This document shows positions 1 through 9,949 of a stretch of DNA of 64,000 nt, piece by piece. This stretch comes from Patescibacteria group bacterium. GTDB taxonomy: Bacteria > Patescibacteriota > Minisyncoccia > Phycocordibacterales > UBA918. The position numbers were made by a program, and so were the translations under genes. Every line of letters begins with the position of its first letter. The first letter of the stretch is position 1. The notes under the pieces are model-generated. The model worked only from the letters and a program-made list of their open reading frames with translations, ran no database searches and was not told the DNA's origin. The stretch covers positions 193,295-257,294 of the forward strand of contig JAIETH010000001.1 in the NCBI GenBank assembly GCA_019745315.1, in the 5' to 3' direction.

Positions 1-478
1 AACATCAATAATCTGCTTGCCCGGCTCAAAGCCGCCGTGAGAGCTATCGATCTGCCGATCAACAATTCGTGCCCCACCAACACCGGTACTCACCGTATGA
101 TATGCCACTATTTTGTACCCAGTACCAGCCCCGTAGCGAGCCTCTCCAAGTCCAGCAACCGCAGCATCGTTTTCTATGTAAACAGGAGCATTAACAATAC
201 CCCGCAACCGCGCATGGAGTGGTTTCCCCACCCAGTCGATTAAAACTGACTCATGGATGATTTTTGAATGGTCTCCCGAAAGCATTCCTCGCACGCCTCC
301 TGCAGCAGCAGTGATCGTAGCTCCTTGTGTGAGCCGATCAACCTCTTCTGTAATACGTACGCATGCATCTTCAAATATATGGGGTGTTTCAAACGAAACC
401 TTTTGTTCTATCTTTTCGAATCCAGACGCAACTGCAATACGTGTCTTGGTACCACCAATATCAAACAGAAGGTACATA
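1..478 (-). CDS. ROK-family glucokinase, partial (N-terminal part; gene continues beyond window start)
   Basis: Reverse-strand translation from the ATG at 478 gives MYLLFDIGGTKTRIAVA...ENDAAVAGLGE. DIGGT is the ROK/sugar-kinase ATP motif. The frame is open to position 1. The start abuts the pgi stop at 479. Confidence 0.7.
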
Positions 479-1855
479 CTAGGTATTTAAAAGAGTACGT
501 GTCTCTTTTTTATAGAGCTCTACATGCGGTTGATCAAATGCATCAATATTCATCAGATGTGCTGTATATATAACTTCGAGCATTTTTTGCGCCATCGCCT
601 CGCCCATACTTTTTTCTGTCAGCAACGCTATGTCGTATGCAGTGTGAGGCATAGATGCCTTTACATATGCAGCACGAACCCCTTCCTGTATCGCAGACCC
701 AACTCGAGCGTATGATCGCGCACCTTTTATTTCAAGGAGTGAACCAAAACCATCTTTGGAGATACTCTGATCTTTCTCTGACCGCTCAGCTGATATAAAT
801 TGAGTATAGACAGGAGCTCCGCTCAAATACATCTGTGCAGTCGAATGGAGCTCGCGTGGCGTCATACAAAACGGCATCATAGTGGATGGCGCATCTTCCC
901 CATTTTTTGCTTCTTTCTTTCCCAGGCTTTCTGCTAAGAGCTGCTGGTACCACAGACTAAAACCTTCAAGACGTGGATCCTGCGCAAAGATAAGATGGGT
1001 ATGTGTTCCTTTTTGAGCAAGGAGAACATGGAGGGACGCTGCCATTACGGGTACGTTTGTGCATAGTATTTTTCTTTGAACCTCGACCGCTTTTCCGGCT
1101 ACAACATTTTCAAGAGGAAGCAAAAGTGAGCTCATGAGTGCATGAAATATTTTTGCAAGTGTAAACACACCATGATCAGCATCTGCTTGTGCAATTACCC
1201 CAGCACCTCCTGCTACAAAATTTCTCACAGAAAAACCAAGGAGTGCTAACGGTACTAGTCCTGCTGCTGTAAACACAGAGTAACGACCACCAATAGTCTC
1301 GGGAATATCAGCTGTTTCAATGCCATATTTTGTGGCATAGGATTGGAGTGGTGACGACGGATCGCTCACGCACACTGTTCGTCCATAGATGTCATCTCCA
1401 AAGACCTTGAAAAGCTTACTTAAAAGAAGATCGGTATTTGCAATGGTTTCTGTAGTAGTTCCCGACTTTGAAACTATAACAATGGCAAAATCGTGAAGCT
1501 CTGTTTTTGAAAGGAGATCACATACTCCGTGCACATGACTCGCATCTATTACATCAAGCACATGAAGCAGCGGAGTATCTGGTTTTTTAAGAGCGTGATA
1601 TACAGCCTCTGTCCCTCTACTTGAACCACCAATACCGACAAGAACTAGGTGCCGAACGACTCCTATGCGCCGCGCAATCTCTTCTGCTCGATAGAGATGA
1701 GCAGTATCAAAAGGAGCCACGAGAGCAGCCTCGGGCATACTGTGGTTTTTTTCATCAACACCATCTACAAGAATCTTTCGATACTCGTGGAGGAGCTCTG
1801 CTTTTTTTTGTATATCCGCCTCATGTATCCCCCCATTCGTATAGTCGTACCGCAT
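479..1855 (-). CDS. pgi: glucose-6-phosphate isomerase
   Basis: 458 aa with the PGI signature motifs GIGGSxxG and SKSGTTTET. Confidence 0.9.
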   Translation of the reverse strand: MRYDYTNGGIHEADIQKKAELLHEYRKILVDGVDEKNHSMPEAALVAPFDTAHLYRAEEIARRIGVVRHLVLVGIGGSSRGTEAVYHALKKPDTPLLHVLDVIDASHVHGVCDLLSKTELHDFAIVIVSKSGTTTETIANTDLLLSKLFKVFGDDIYGRTVCVSDPSSPLQSYATKYGIETADIPETIGGRYSVFTAAGLVPLALLGFSVRNFVAGGAGVIAQADADHGVFTLAKIFHALMSSLLLPLENVVAGKAVEVQRKILCTNVPVMAASLHVLLAQKGTHTHLIFAQDPRLEGFSLWYQQLLAESLGKKEAKNGEDAPSTMMPFCMTPRELHSTAQMYLSGAPVYTQFISAERSEKDQSISKDGFGSLLEIKGARSYARVGSAIQEGVRAAYVKASMPHTAYDIALLTEKSMGEAMAQKMLEVIYTAHLMNIDAFDQPHVELYKKETRTLLNT

Positions 1856-1865
1856 ACTTTTTTAC

Positions 1866-2648
1866 TTATACCTGTTTTGGTGTACAAAAGTTCGTCTTTT
1901 TCACAATGTACTCATACGCTTCTTCAACCGAATCAACGAGATGGAAAATATCCATATCTTCCTTGTCTATCATCTTGTACTTCTTATACATAGTCTCTTC
2001 AATCCATGACAAAAGCGGAGTCCAGTACTCCTTTCCATAGAGAATAATAGGCACCGGAGTTATCTTTTTTGTTTGCACCAATGTAATAATTTCAAACAAC
2101 TCATCCATAGTTCCAAAACCACCGGGGAAATACACATATACCTCAGCAGCAAATGAAAGCATTACCTTCCGTATGAAGAAAAAGTGAAACTTCTCTGTGT
2201 CTGTTGTGTACGGGTTAAGACTCTGCTCCATCGGAAGCTCAATATTAAGCCCTACAGAGTGCCCTCCTACCTTAAATGCGCCAACATTCGCCGCCTCCAT
2301 AACTCCAGGACCCCCGCCCGTGATAATGGCAAAGCCTGCCTTCGCTAGCTTAGCTGCAAGATCTTCTGCATCCTGATACACATCATCTCCTGCATGGCGG
2401 CGAGCGGAACCAAAAAAAGTAACTGCGAGACCGTATTTACGTAATATTTCAAAACCAGATACAAATTCCGACATGATGCGGAAAATACGCCATGACTGCA
2501 CGGCGTCTCCATTGGGATCGAGGAGATCTGACATCACACGACACTGTGCGTATTCGTCTTTTCGTTCGGGAACCGGCTCTTTTTTCGTACGTAACGTCGG
2601 AAATTTCATGTCATAAGTGTAGCACGCAGATCTGCCTCTGTGATACAC
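1866..2648 (-). CDS. LOG-family (TIGR00730) nucleotide-binding protein / cytokinin riboside 5'-monophosphate phosphoribohydrolase-like
   Basis: GGGPGVMEA and PGGFGTMDELFE motifs. The true start may be an internal Met (MKFPT). Confidence 0.8.
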   Translation of the reverse strand: MYHRGRSACYTYDMKFPTLRTKKEPVPERKDEYAQCRVMSDLLDPNGDAVQSWRIFRIMSEFVSGFEILRKYGLAVTFFGSARRHAGDDVYQDAEDLAAKLAKAGFAIITGGGPGVMEAANVGAFKVGGHSVGLNIELPMEQSLNPYTTDTEKFHFFFIRKVMLSFAAEVYVYFPGGFGTMDELFEIITLVQTKKITPVPIILYGKEYWTPLLSWIEETMYKKYKMIDKEDMDIFHLVDSVEEAYEYIVKKTNFCTPKQV

Positions 2649-2696
2649 AAAGCCCCGTAAAAACGGGGAGAAGTGTTGTAAATATCATCAGTAAAC

Positions 2697-2984
2697 TTAT
2701 ATGGCCTCTTCTATTTTCTTTTCAAGAGTATGTTCGATCGCAGAATACTTGGCATGGAGACGGTCATACGTATGACTCAGTGCGCGATCTAAATAACGAT
2801 GCTTGTTTCGGTATGTATGGACGTAATTTTGAATGCGAGGAGAATCTATTGAAAAAAGAAAGAGACTGAGTCCTATGAGCACCCATCCTGGTAGGATCGG
2901 CAATGCCACAAAGAGAAGGCCACACACAAGGAGACATGTCGCAACAATTTTTCGGAGCATTGGTTTTTTTCGTAATGTTTGCAT
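2697..2984 (-). CDS. small PGPGW-type membrane protein
   Basis: 95 aa with two TM helices and an LPILPGWVLIG motif typical of PGPGW/YbaN-like small membrane proteins. Confidence 0.45.
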   Translation of the reverse strand: MQTLRKKPMLRKIVATCLLVCGLLFVALPILPGWVLIGLSLFLFSIDSPRIQNYVHTYRNKHRYLDRALSHTYDRLHAKYSAIEHTLEKKIEEAI

Positions 2985-3007
2985 GTTCTTTTGTGCTACC
3001 TACCGCA

Positions 3008-3457
3008 TTAGATCCCGGGACAATTTCCTGCAGGAGCATAGCCTGCTGCCTCAGCCTCTTCTTTTGAAGCAAACCAGACCTTATTTTCTTCGCTTATTCG
3101 CTGCGCTCCGCTGCACCATGGCAAATGATACTTATCGCTCTTTTTTGAAGCCACATATGATCCCGAGGACGGTACAGAGGGGGTATTTGTAACCTCTTTT
3201 GAGCTTATATTCGTGGGCTTTCCAGCCGGTATACCCATGATCGGTGCTGCTATTAACGAAGACGTACCAGACGCCTCTTTCTGTACATTAAATTGTGGAT
3301 CGATACGTCGTATAGGCTCCTTTGTATCAACGGTCGAGGAAAGTCTCCCTAAAATGAAAAATATGACTGAAAGTAAGGCTATGAGGGTTATATAGAAGAC
3401 GCGGTCATTTGCCAAAAGACCCTTGATCTTTTCGGTTATTTCACGTATACTCCCCAT
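3008..3457 (-). CDS. membrane-anchored protein with degenerate Ada-like metal-binding C-terminal domain
   Basis: N-terminal TM helix. The C-terminus HLPWCSGAQRISEENKVWFASKEEAEAAGYAPAGNCPG aligns to the Ada N-terminal CRPSCRARHALRENVSFYANASEALAAGFRPCKRCQP. Only 2 of the 4 Cys are retained. Confidence 0.45.
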   Translation of the reverse strand: MGSIREITEKIKGLLANDRVFYITLIALLSVIFFILGRLSSTVDTKEPIRRIDPQFNVQKEASGTSSLIAAPIMGIPAGKPTNISSKEVTNTPSVPSSGSYVASKKSDKYHLPWCSGAQRISEENKVWFASKEEAEAAGYAPAGNCPGI

Positions 3458-3537
3458 ACCGTTATTACAGAGATATTATACATGACGTCTTGGGAAGACT
3501 CTCAAGACCAGTGATTAAACTAGCAACATAAGACACC

Positions 3538-3822
3538 ATGGCAACTAAAAAAGCCGGCGGAACCGCCAAAAACCTGCGCGACTCAAACCCAAAATACTTG
3601 GGTGTGAAGCGCGCAGATGGAGACTCAGTACGTATTGGTGAAATTATCGTTCGCCAGCGTGGTACAAAAATTCTTCCTGGAAACAATGTAGGTACAGGAA
3701 AAGATCATACTATCTTTTCACTCTCAAATGGAAAAGTTATGTTTCGTACACGACGAAAGACCAATTTTGATGGTCAGACACTCTCACGAAAGACCGTTGA
3801 TGTTGTGCCTCACGCAGCATAA
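3538..3822 (+). CDS. rpmA: 50S ribosomal protein L27
   Basis: [47 protein letters not shown] matches the L27 consensus. No SD is visible. Confidence 0.9.
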   Translation: MATKKAGGTAKNLRDSNPKYLGVKRADGDSVRIGEIIVRQRGTKILPGNNVGTGKDHTIFSLSNGKVMFRTRRKTNFDGQTLSRKTVDVVPHAA

Positions 3823-3840
3823 TCCCCTTTAAAGATTCAA

Positions 3841-3876
3841 CAAAGAAAAAACTCGCATATGCGAGTTTTTTCTTTG
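3841..3876. terminator. bidirectional rho-independent terminator (palindrome AAAAAACTCGCATATGCGAGTTTTTT)
   Basis: Perfect palindrome flanked by an A-run and a T-run. It lies between convergent rpmA and the PPIase gene. It is nearly identical to the element at 10119-10162. Confidence 0.7.
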
Positions 3877-3892
3877 TTTCTTAGAGTAGTCT

Positions 3893-4675
3893 CTATTGAA
3901 TTTCAATACTTGAAATAATTACAGGCTTAACAGGAAGGTTTGCTCCTTGTGTTTCTACTGCCCCAATAGTATCCACAACATCAAGTCCCTCAACTACCTT
4001 TCCGAAAACTGGGTGACTACTTCCCTGTGGCGGCTTATCGTAATCAAGTCCTATATTATCTACAAGATTGATGAAGAACTGACTTCCTCCTGAGTTTGGT
4101 TGTCCAGTATTTGCCATCGCAATAGTTCCGCGCACATTGGTCAAACGAGGATCAGCTACGAATTCATCAGCAATAGTATACCCAGGACCTCCTCGTCCAT
4201 AGATTGACGTATCGTCACCTTTTGAGTTTGAGTCCCCTCCTTGAATCATAAATCCTTGAATAACACGGTGGAATTTAGTGTTATCGTAGTACCCTTCTGT
4301 TGCAAGCTTTACAAAGTTTCCAACTGTCACTGGCATAGCATCTGCATAGAGCTCGAGGGCAATATCGCCATAGTTAGTATGGAAAACAGCAATTGGGTTT
4401 TTACCTGGTGTATTTTCTGCAGTCATGGTGTTTATAGGTCCTTGGATTGAATTACTGGTAACTTGTGCATTTTGCTCGCCTCCGCTCTGCTTTGCAACTG
4501 AGAGAGGTCCTGGAATCTCTTCACTATACTCACCCTTTGAAGAAGATAATCCTTGTACCTCTCCTGTTTTATATCCTATCCAAAGCCCCAGGATAATTAA
4601 GAGGGTGATACTTCCCAGTAAGGCGAATGCAATATGTTTAACATTTGTCATAATTTCACTTTGAATGTGGCTCAA
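3893..4675 (-). CDS. cyclophilin-type peptidyl-prolyl cis-trans isomerase, N-terminal membrane anchor
   Basis: FHRVIQGFMIQGGD cyclophilin motif. An alternative start (MTNVKH) at 4651 would remove the 20-nt overlap with rplI. Confidence 0.85.
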   Translation of the reverse strand: MSHIQSEIMTNVKHIAFALLGSITLLIILGLWIGYKTGEVQGLSSSKGEYSEEIPGPLSVAKQSGGEQNAQVTSNSIQGPINTMTAENTPGKNPIAVFHTNYGDIALELYADAMPVTVGNFVKLATEGYYDNTKFHRVIQGFMIQGGDSNSKGDDTSIYGRGGPGYTIADEFVADPRLTNVRGTIAMANTGQPNSGGSQFFINLVDNIGLDYDKPPQGSSHPVFGKVVEGLDVVDTIGAVETQGANLPVKPVIISSIEIQ

Positions 4676-5105
4676 TAATTATTGTACACTCCGCCTCCTT
4701 CTCCCCCATTTTCAACAATATATTATGGAGACCAATTTCTTTGAGCGGGTTTTTGAGGAGAATATCTTTTTCCTCAAGGTCTATATTGTACTCTTTTTTT
4801 ATAGCACTCAAAATATCAGATGCACGAAGACCCTTGAATAAGTGTCCTTCCTTATTCGCAGGAACCGCTATTTTGAGAGGTGACTCTTTTGTCTTGAGAA
4901 CAATGTCGTGTACGCGTGATTCTTTAACCTCTCGAGCGTGAGCTAGAGAGGCTTGCTGCGCCTCAGCAAGGCGAATATGTTCAGGAGTAGCCAATACCAC
5001 AAGCTTACGCGGGATAAGGTTGTTATACGCAAAACCATCAGCAACCTCTTTTACCTCGTGTTTTTTCCCAATCTTGGGCACATCTTTGAGAAATAGTACT
5101 TTCAT
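4656..5105 (-). CDS. rplI: 50S ribosomal protein L9
   Basis: MKVLFLKDVPKIGKKHEVKEVADGFAYNNLIPRKLVV is the L9 N-domain consensus. Confidence 0.85.
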   Translation of the reverse strand: MKVLFLKDVPKIGKKHEVKEVADGFAYNNLIPRKLVVLATPEHIRLAEAQQASLAHAREVKESRVHDIVLKTKESPLKIAVPANKEGHLFKGLRASDILSAIKKEYNIDLEEKDILLKNPLKEIGLHNILLKMGEKEAECTIIIEPHSK

Positions 5106-5177
5106 GAAATTTTTAAACTAAAGGTAGACGATCGCATAATAGCGCACCGGGAAGAAAGAGACAATTGACCCAAAAAT

Positions 5178-6512
5178 CTAGTTTCTATTGAGGAATTCTA
5201 TAGCTGCTTCAAACTGAGGATCTTTCTTAGCCTCACGATCTTCCTTGGTGAATTCAACTGTGACGTCTGGCGCAAGACCACCATTAGAGATCGAGCGACC
5301 GTTTGGAGTAAGCCAGCGAGCAATAGTGACCTTGAGAGAGGATCCTCCGGCAAGTGGCACCACCTCCTGTACAGAACCCTTCCCAAACGTGTGCGTACCT
5401 ATGAGAGTTGCGATTCCGTGCTCCTGAAGAGCTCCTGCAAGAATTTCAGAGGCCGATGCACTTCCTCCATCCACCAAGATCACGACATCAAAGTCTCTGT
5501 ATTGCTTAAGGTCTCTTCCTACGCTGCGATGCACCGTTTCTTCCTTTCCTTCACCAAAACTTTCTCGTACAACCACTTTCCCAGTCGGCAAGAAGTAACT
5601 TGCGATACCCACAGCACTCTGAAGATATCCCCCTGGATTACCACGGAGATCGATAATCAATTTTTGATTATCCCCTTGTATAAAGTCTCGAAGCGCGTCT
5701 TGCATTTGTGCTTCAGATGTCGCAGAGAAGTTATATAGACGAATAACAAAAGCTCCGTCTTTTTCTTCTGTCTTAATGGTAGGTATAACGATAGTATCTC
5801 GGGTCACTGTAATCTCTCGGAACTCTGAGTCTCCTTCGCGGTAGAAAGTAAGTTTAACCTGGCTCCCTTTTTCGCCTCGAATCTTTAACACAGCCTCATC
5901 TACACTCATCCCCTCAGTAGAGAGATCATCAATTTTTACCACTACGTCGCCACTCAATACACCCGCTTTTTCTGCAGGACTATCCGGAAGCGGTGCAATA
6001 ACCGTCACTGCATCATTTTGTATACCAACTTCCATGCCAACACCTCCAAACTCCCCTGCAATATTGTCAGCAAAGAGCTCAGCATCTTCTGGCGGCATAA
6101 ACACTGTATATGGATCACCGTATGACTTCACCAAGCCCTCCAGAGCGCCCCACATACGCTCCTGATCACTTAACGGGTCGGTTGTGGTAGAAACTACAAA
6201 GCGCTGATCGAGAAGCCCCCATACCTTCCAGAAGAGAGAAAGATCGACATCTTCTTTTGCAGCATATGAATCATCAAAGATAGAGCTTATGCTCATCTTT
6301 GAATCTCCTGTCATCGCACCAACTTGAATTCCAGAAAAAAATGTAGCGGTCGCAAACAGACATGCGAGTCCATATCCCAAGAGGGATTTTGTTTTTTTAG
6401 GCGCCTCGTGAGACACCGCTGTCTCTTCAGGTAAATGTTCCATCACAAAAGTATGCCATGGAAACGTATCTTCACAAAACAAATATGTGACGACAGTAAG
6501 TGCGTGATACAC
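5178..6512 (-). CDS. C-terminal processing peptidase (S41, Ctp/Prc family) with PDZ domain
   Basis: DLRGNPGG and GIGMEV motifs with a PDZ-like segment. The probable start is an internal Met (MEHLPEE, about 6443). Confidence 0.8.
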   Translation of the reverse strand: MYHALTVVTYLFCEDTFPWHTFVMEHLPEETAVSHEAPKKTKSLLGYGLACLFATATFFSGIQVGAMTGDSKMSISSIFDDSYAAKEDVDLSLFWKVWGLLDQRFVVSTTTDPLSDQERMWGALEGLVKSYGDPYTVFMPPEDAELFADNIAGEFGGVGMEVGIQNDAVTVIAPLPDSPAEKAGVLSGDVVVKIDDLSTEGMSVDEAVLKIRGEKGSQVKLTFYREGDSEFREITVTRDTIVIPTIKTEEKDGAFVIRLYNFSATSEAQMQDALRDFIQGDNQKLIIDLRGNPGGYLQSAVGIASYFLPTGKVVVRESFGEGKEETVHRSVGRDLKQYRDFDVVILVDGGSASASEILAGALQEHGIATLIGTHTFGKGSVQEVVPLAGGSSLKVTIARWLTPNGRSISNGGLAPDVTVEFTKEDREAKKDPQFEAAIEFLNRN

Positions 6513-6520
6513 TATAGGTA

Positions 6521-7432
6521 ATGATTGAACGCTACAAAGACACGGGGGTTACGTGGGTTGACCTTATGAGTCCAACCCCCGAAGAAATACGTGCAGTAAT
6601 GGAGGAATATAACATTCCTCCACAGCTCTTGGGCGACCTTTCGGGTCCTGTCCCTCGTTCAGAGGCAACAGCAAGTGAACATGCTATCAAAATTACCATC
6701 GACTTCCCTGTCGTTAAACGCAAAGACGTTGAGGGCTCTCACGAGATCAAATTCATCATCACCAAAAACACTCTTGTAACCGTACGATACGAAGACATAA
6801 CCGCGCTTCATAAATTTGGAAAAGAGTTTGAAGTGATGACAACTCTTAAAAGAACCACAAAAAGTACTAATGGCGGCTTTTTGTTTATCGCCATGATGAG
6901 CGCACTCTATGACGGACTATCGTCTAAGCTCGACTACATAGAATCGCGCCTCAACACCATTGAACAAGGTATCTTTGAAGAACGCGAGCGAGAGATGGTA
7001 TTTGAAATATCAAAAACAGGCCAAACGCTCATCACTTTTAAGCAAATACTCTTTTCTCATAAAGAGGTACTTGAAGTTGCAGAACCTATGCTCACAAAGA
7101 TGTTTGAAAAAGGCTTCGGAAGCCATATTCAAGAACTGTTGGTGTACTACCAATACCTCTCTCGCCGTGTGAGCACAAGTAATGCAGCGCTCCAGGAACT
7201 TCGCGACACCAATGACTCTCTTTTGTCGACAAAACAAAATGAAACCATGAAAGTATTGACCATCATGGCCTTTATTACCTACCCGCTTACCCTTATTTCC
7301 TCGGTCTTTGGTATGAACACCGAATACACCCCCTTTGTGGCAGGACCCTTTGGTTTCTGGATAATTATCTGTATTATGACAGCCTCCGCCTCAGCACTCT
7401 TTATATACTTCCGCTATAAACGCTGGTTTTAA
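6521..7432 (+). CDS. corA: CorA-family magnesium/cobalt transporter
   Basis: Two C-terminal TM helices with an FGMNTEY motif (the CorA GMN signature). Confidence 0.8.
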   Translation: MIERYKDTGVTWVDLMSPTPEEIRAVMEEYNIPPQLLGDLSGPVPRSEATASEHAIKITIDFPVVKRKDVEGSHEIKFIITKNTLVTVRYEDITALHKFGKEFEVMTTLKRTTKSTNGGFLFIAMMSALYDGLSSKLDYIESRLNTIEQGIFEEREREMVFEISKTGQTLITFKQILFSHKEVLEVAEPMLTKMFEKGFGSHIQELLVYYQYLSRRVSTSNAALQELRDTNDSLLSTKQNETMKVLTIMAFITYPLTLISSVFGMNTEYTPFVAGPFGFWIIICIMTASASALFIYFRYKRWF

Positions 7433-7520
7433 TATGACCCAGAGACAAAACCTCTTTAATCACTCACTCTGCATCTGTTGGTAGGGCATTTTTCTATGTT
7501 ATTAATCTTACCTCTCTATC

Positions 7521-8981
7521 ATGTTTAAGTTTTTCTCTCGAAAGAAAAAAGTAGATCCCCAAATTCCAGTCTATCTCACAAATACCCTCACGCGCTCTAA
7601 AGAAGTATTTACTCCGATACAAAACGGATACGTCAAAATATATAGTTGTGGTCCCACCGTCTATGATTTTGTACATATTGGAAACCTGCGATCATATGTA
7701 TTCTCCGACATACTCAAGCGCATGCTTCTTCTTAATGGATATGAAGTAGAGCACACAATAAACCTCACGGACTTTGGACATCTCTCAGACGATGGTGATC
7801 ACGGCGAAGACAAAATGATGATCGCACTCAAGCGTGATGGTAAGAAACCATCTCTTGAAGCAATGAAGCCTATTGCTGACCGATATTCTGAAGCATTCAT
7901 GGCTGACATGGAGGCACTTGGAAACGCGACACCAAACCACTACGCACGAGCGAGTGAGTATATCGTTGAAGAAATAGCACTGGTGAAAATGCTCGATGAA
8001 AAAGGATATACCTATGAAACACGAGACGGTGTCTATTTTGATATTTCACGCTTTCCTGCCTATGGAAAACTTGGCAACATAAATCTCCAAGCACTCAAAG
8101 ACGGCGCCCGCGTTGAAGCAAATCCTGACAAGCGACATCCAGCAGATTTTGCCGTTTGGAAAAAAGGAGAACTCGGATGGGACAGTCCATGGGGCAAAGG
8201 TTTCCCTGGGTGGCATATTGAATGTACTGCGATGATATTTGCAACGCTCGGAAAACAAATTGATATTCACACCGGAGGCATTGATCATATTGCAACCCAT
8301 CACAACGGAGAAATCGCACAAGCTGAAGCTGCGACAAGCAAGACTCCCTACGTGCGGTACTGGATGCATCATGCATTCATCACCATCGACAATACGAAGA
8401 TTTCAAAATCGTTAAGTAATGGCATACAACTCAATCACCTTGTAGAGCGTGGATATCATCCACTTGATTATCGCTACTGGCTCCTCACCGGCCACTACAG
8501 CTCGCCAATGAACTTCACCTTTGAAGCACTTGATGGTGCACGAAACGCACACTTCAAATTAAAGAGGTTTATCTACGAAGATCTCGCAGGGAAAAAGGGA
8601 GGAAAAATCAATGCGGCATATACGCAGAGGTTTATAGAATTCCTTAACGATGACCTCAATACCCCCGGAGCAATTGCCCTCCTCTGGGAAATAGTAAAAG
8701 ACAAAAATCTGACACCAGAAGATAAACGTGCGACTCTCCTTTCATTTGATGAAACACTCGTTCTCGGACTTAGTGATATACACAAAGGCGATATCGCACG
8801 GACCCTTGGTGTCGTAGAGATAGAATCACTGCCAGACGAAGTAAAAGAATTGATCGCTCTCCGTGAGGCTGCTCGAACTGAAAAGCGTTGGGCTGATGCT
8901 GATGTTCTCCGTCAACAAATCAACCTCCTTGGATACGTGGTAGAAGATGGTGCGAATGGAGCAAAGGTAACAAAGCAGTAA
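7521..8981 (+). CDS. cysS: cysteinyl-tRNA synthetase
   Basis: YSCGPTVYDFVHIGN (HIGH region) and KISKS (KMSKS) motifs. Confidence 0.95.
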   Translation: MFKFFSRKKKVDPQIPVYLTNTLTRSKEVFTPIQNGYVKIYSCGPTVYDFVHIGNLRSYVFSDILKRMLLLNGYEVEHTINLTDFGHLSDDGDHGEDKMMIALKRDGKKPSLEAMKPIADRYSEAFMADMEALGNATPNHYARASEYIVEEIALVKMLDEKGYTYETRDGVYFDISRFPAYGKLGNINLQALKDGARVEANPDKRHPADFAVWKKGELGWDSPWGKGFPGWHIECTAMIFATLGKQIDIHTGGIDHIATHHNGEIAQAEAATSKTPYVRYWMHHAFITIDNTKISKSLSNGIQLNHLVERGYHPLDYRYWLLTGHYSSPMNFTFEALDGARNAHFKLKRFIYEDLAGKKGGKINAAYTQRFIEFLNDDLNTPGAIALLWEIVKDKNLTPEDKRATLLSFDETLVLGLSDIHKGDIARTLGVVEIESLPDEVKELIALREAARTEKRWADADVLRQQINLLGYVVEDGANGAKVTKQ

Positions 8982-8991
8982 CCCACCACCA

Positions 8992-9020
8992 CAAATACAC
9001 AGGACCGACCTGTGTATTTG
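8992..9020. terminator. hairpin terminator (CAAATACACAGG/CCTGTGTATTTG, loop ACCGA)
   Basis: 12-bp perfect inverted repeat immediately after the cysS stop. Confidence 0.55.
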
Positions 9021-9031
9021 TATGTCTAAAA

Positions 9032-9592
9032 TTAATAAAATTGAAGAGGTTTCGTACTTATTTCAGGAAGAAACTTTCTGTATCGCGTATCCAAAAGATT
9101 GAGCTTGTAATTGATGCGATTGATAAAAACTCTATAGGTTTTGCTAATACCTCCGGTAATTTCAACCTGCACACGAAATGTCGCTGTTTTTCCTGCAGGG
9201 ATTTTGCAGTACAAAATAGTACCCAAGGTTACCTGAGACACGTCTTTTCCCTGACACGAAACCTCTGCAGTTGAAATAAAACCAGGAGCGGTTCCCTCAA
9301 TGTGATACACAAAACCTGTGGTCTTTTTGCTTGAAGCAACTGAAATAGGAACAGAAACCTCTTCTTTTTTTGCGGTGATTGCAATCACCAACAGATACTT
9401 TCCGATACCTTTATCTGGTCCATCGGGATTCCGTACTCGTGTAAAACGCTCTTGGGTTTTCTCAACCGCCACATCGATATACTCATCTATTCCCTGTGCT
9501 ATATATGTTTCTATAATCTCTGACTTCAGACTTTTTATTTTACTTTGTAATTCTTTTGCGGTCGGCTTCTTTATAGAGGATGATTTTTTCAT
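9032..9592 (-). CDS. hypothetical protein
   Basis: 186-aa ORF with coding-like composition and no recognisable motifs. Confidence 0.45.
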   Translation of the reverse strand: MKKSSSIKKPTAKELQSKIKSLKSEIIETYIAQGIDEYIDVAVEKTQERFTRVRNPDGPDKGIGKYLLVIAITAKKEEVSVPISVASSKKTTGFVYHIEGTAPGFISTAEVSCQGKDVSQVTLGTILYCKIPAGKTATFRVQVEITGGISKTYRVFINRINYKLNLLDTRYRKFLPEISTKPLQFY

Positions 9593-9656
9593 ACTCTAAT
9601 TATAATAGGATATATAACTCAAAGAAAAGACATATTGGTGCTTTCAGTTTTTTACA

Positions 9657-9688
9657 AAAAAAAACCTCCACTAGGAGTGAGGTCTGTC
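9657..9688 (-). terminator. rho-independent terminator for small GC-rich gene
   Basis: The reverse strand reads CCTCACTCCTAGTGGAGG followed by T9. Confidence 0.55.
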
Positions 9689-9700
9689 TGCAAAGGAGCT

Positions 9701-9949
9701 CTACCCTTTCAAATATTGCTCGAGGAACGCGCAGCGTATTACACCATCGACACTTCCCAACATCTCCACGCAAGGAGCGGGTGGCGGGACACGATTGTGC
9801 TTCATACACTGAACAATGAAGCTGAGGAATGCCGGATCAGTGTTCACACGATGCACGACAATACCCGCGTGCTCACCCAGCGCATGAAGGATGCGCTGGG
9901 TTGCTCCATGAACCTTACCGGCTTGTACATCTGTCCACTTCATCGTCAA
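9701..9949 (-). CDS. small hypothetical protein on GC-rich island (about 80 aa)
   Basis: AGGAG is 7 nt upstream of ATG 9943 (the TTG at 9949 is an alternative start). A terminator lies downstream. GC is far above its neighbours. No family recognised. Confidence 0.4.
   Translation of the reverse strand: MTMKWTDVQAGKVHGATQRILHALGEHAGIVVHRVNTDPAFLSFIVQCMKHNRVPPPAPCVEMLGSVDGVIRCAFLEQYLKG

Noticed and set aside
37-573. Plus-strand ORFs 37-243, 257-490 and 268-573 at the window start
   Set aside because: The reverse strand encodes a clean ROK glucokinase N-terminus (DIGGT motif) running off the window edge and abutting pgi. The plus-strand ORFs are antisense artefacts.
2764-3192. ORFs 2764-3072 (-) and 2833-3192 (+)
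   Set aside because: They overlap the better-supported small membrane protein genes at 2697-2984 and 3008-3457 in other frames.
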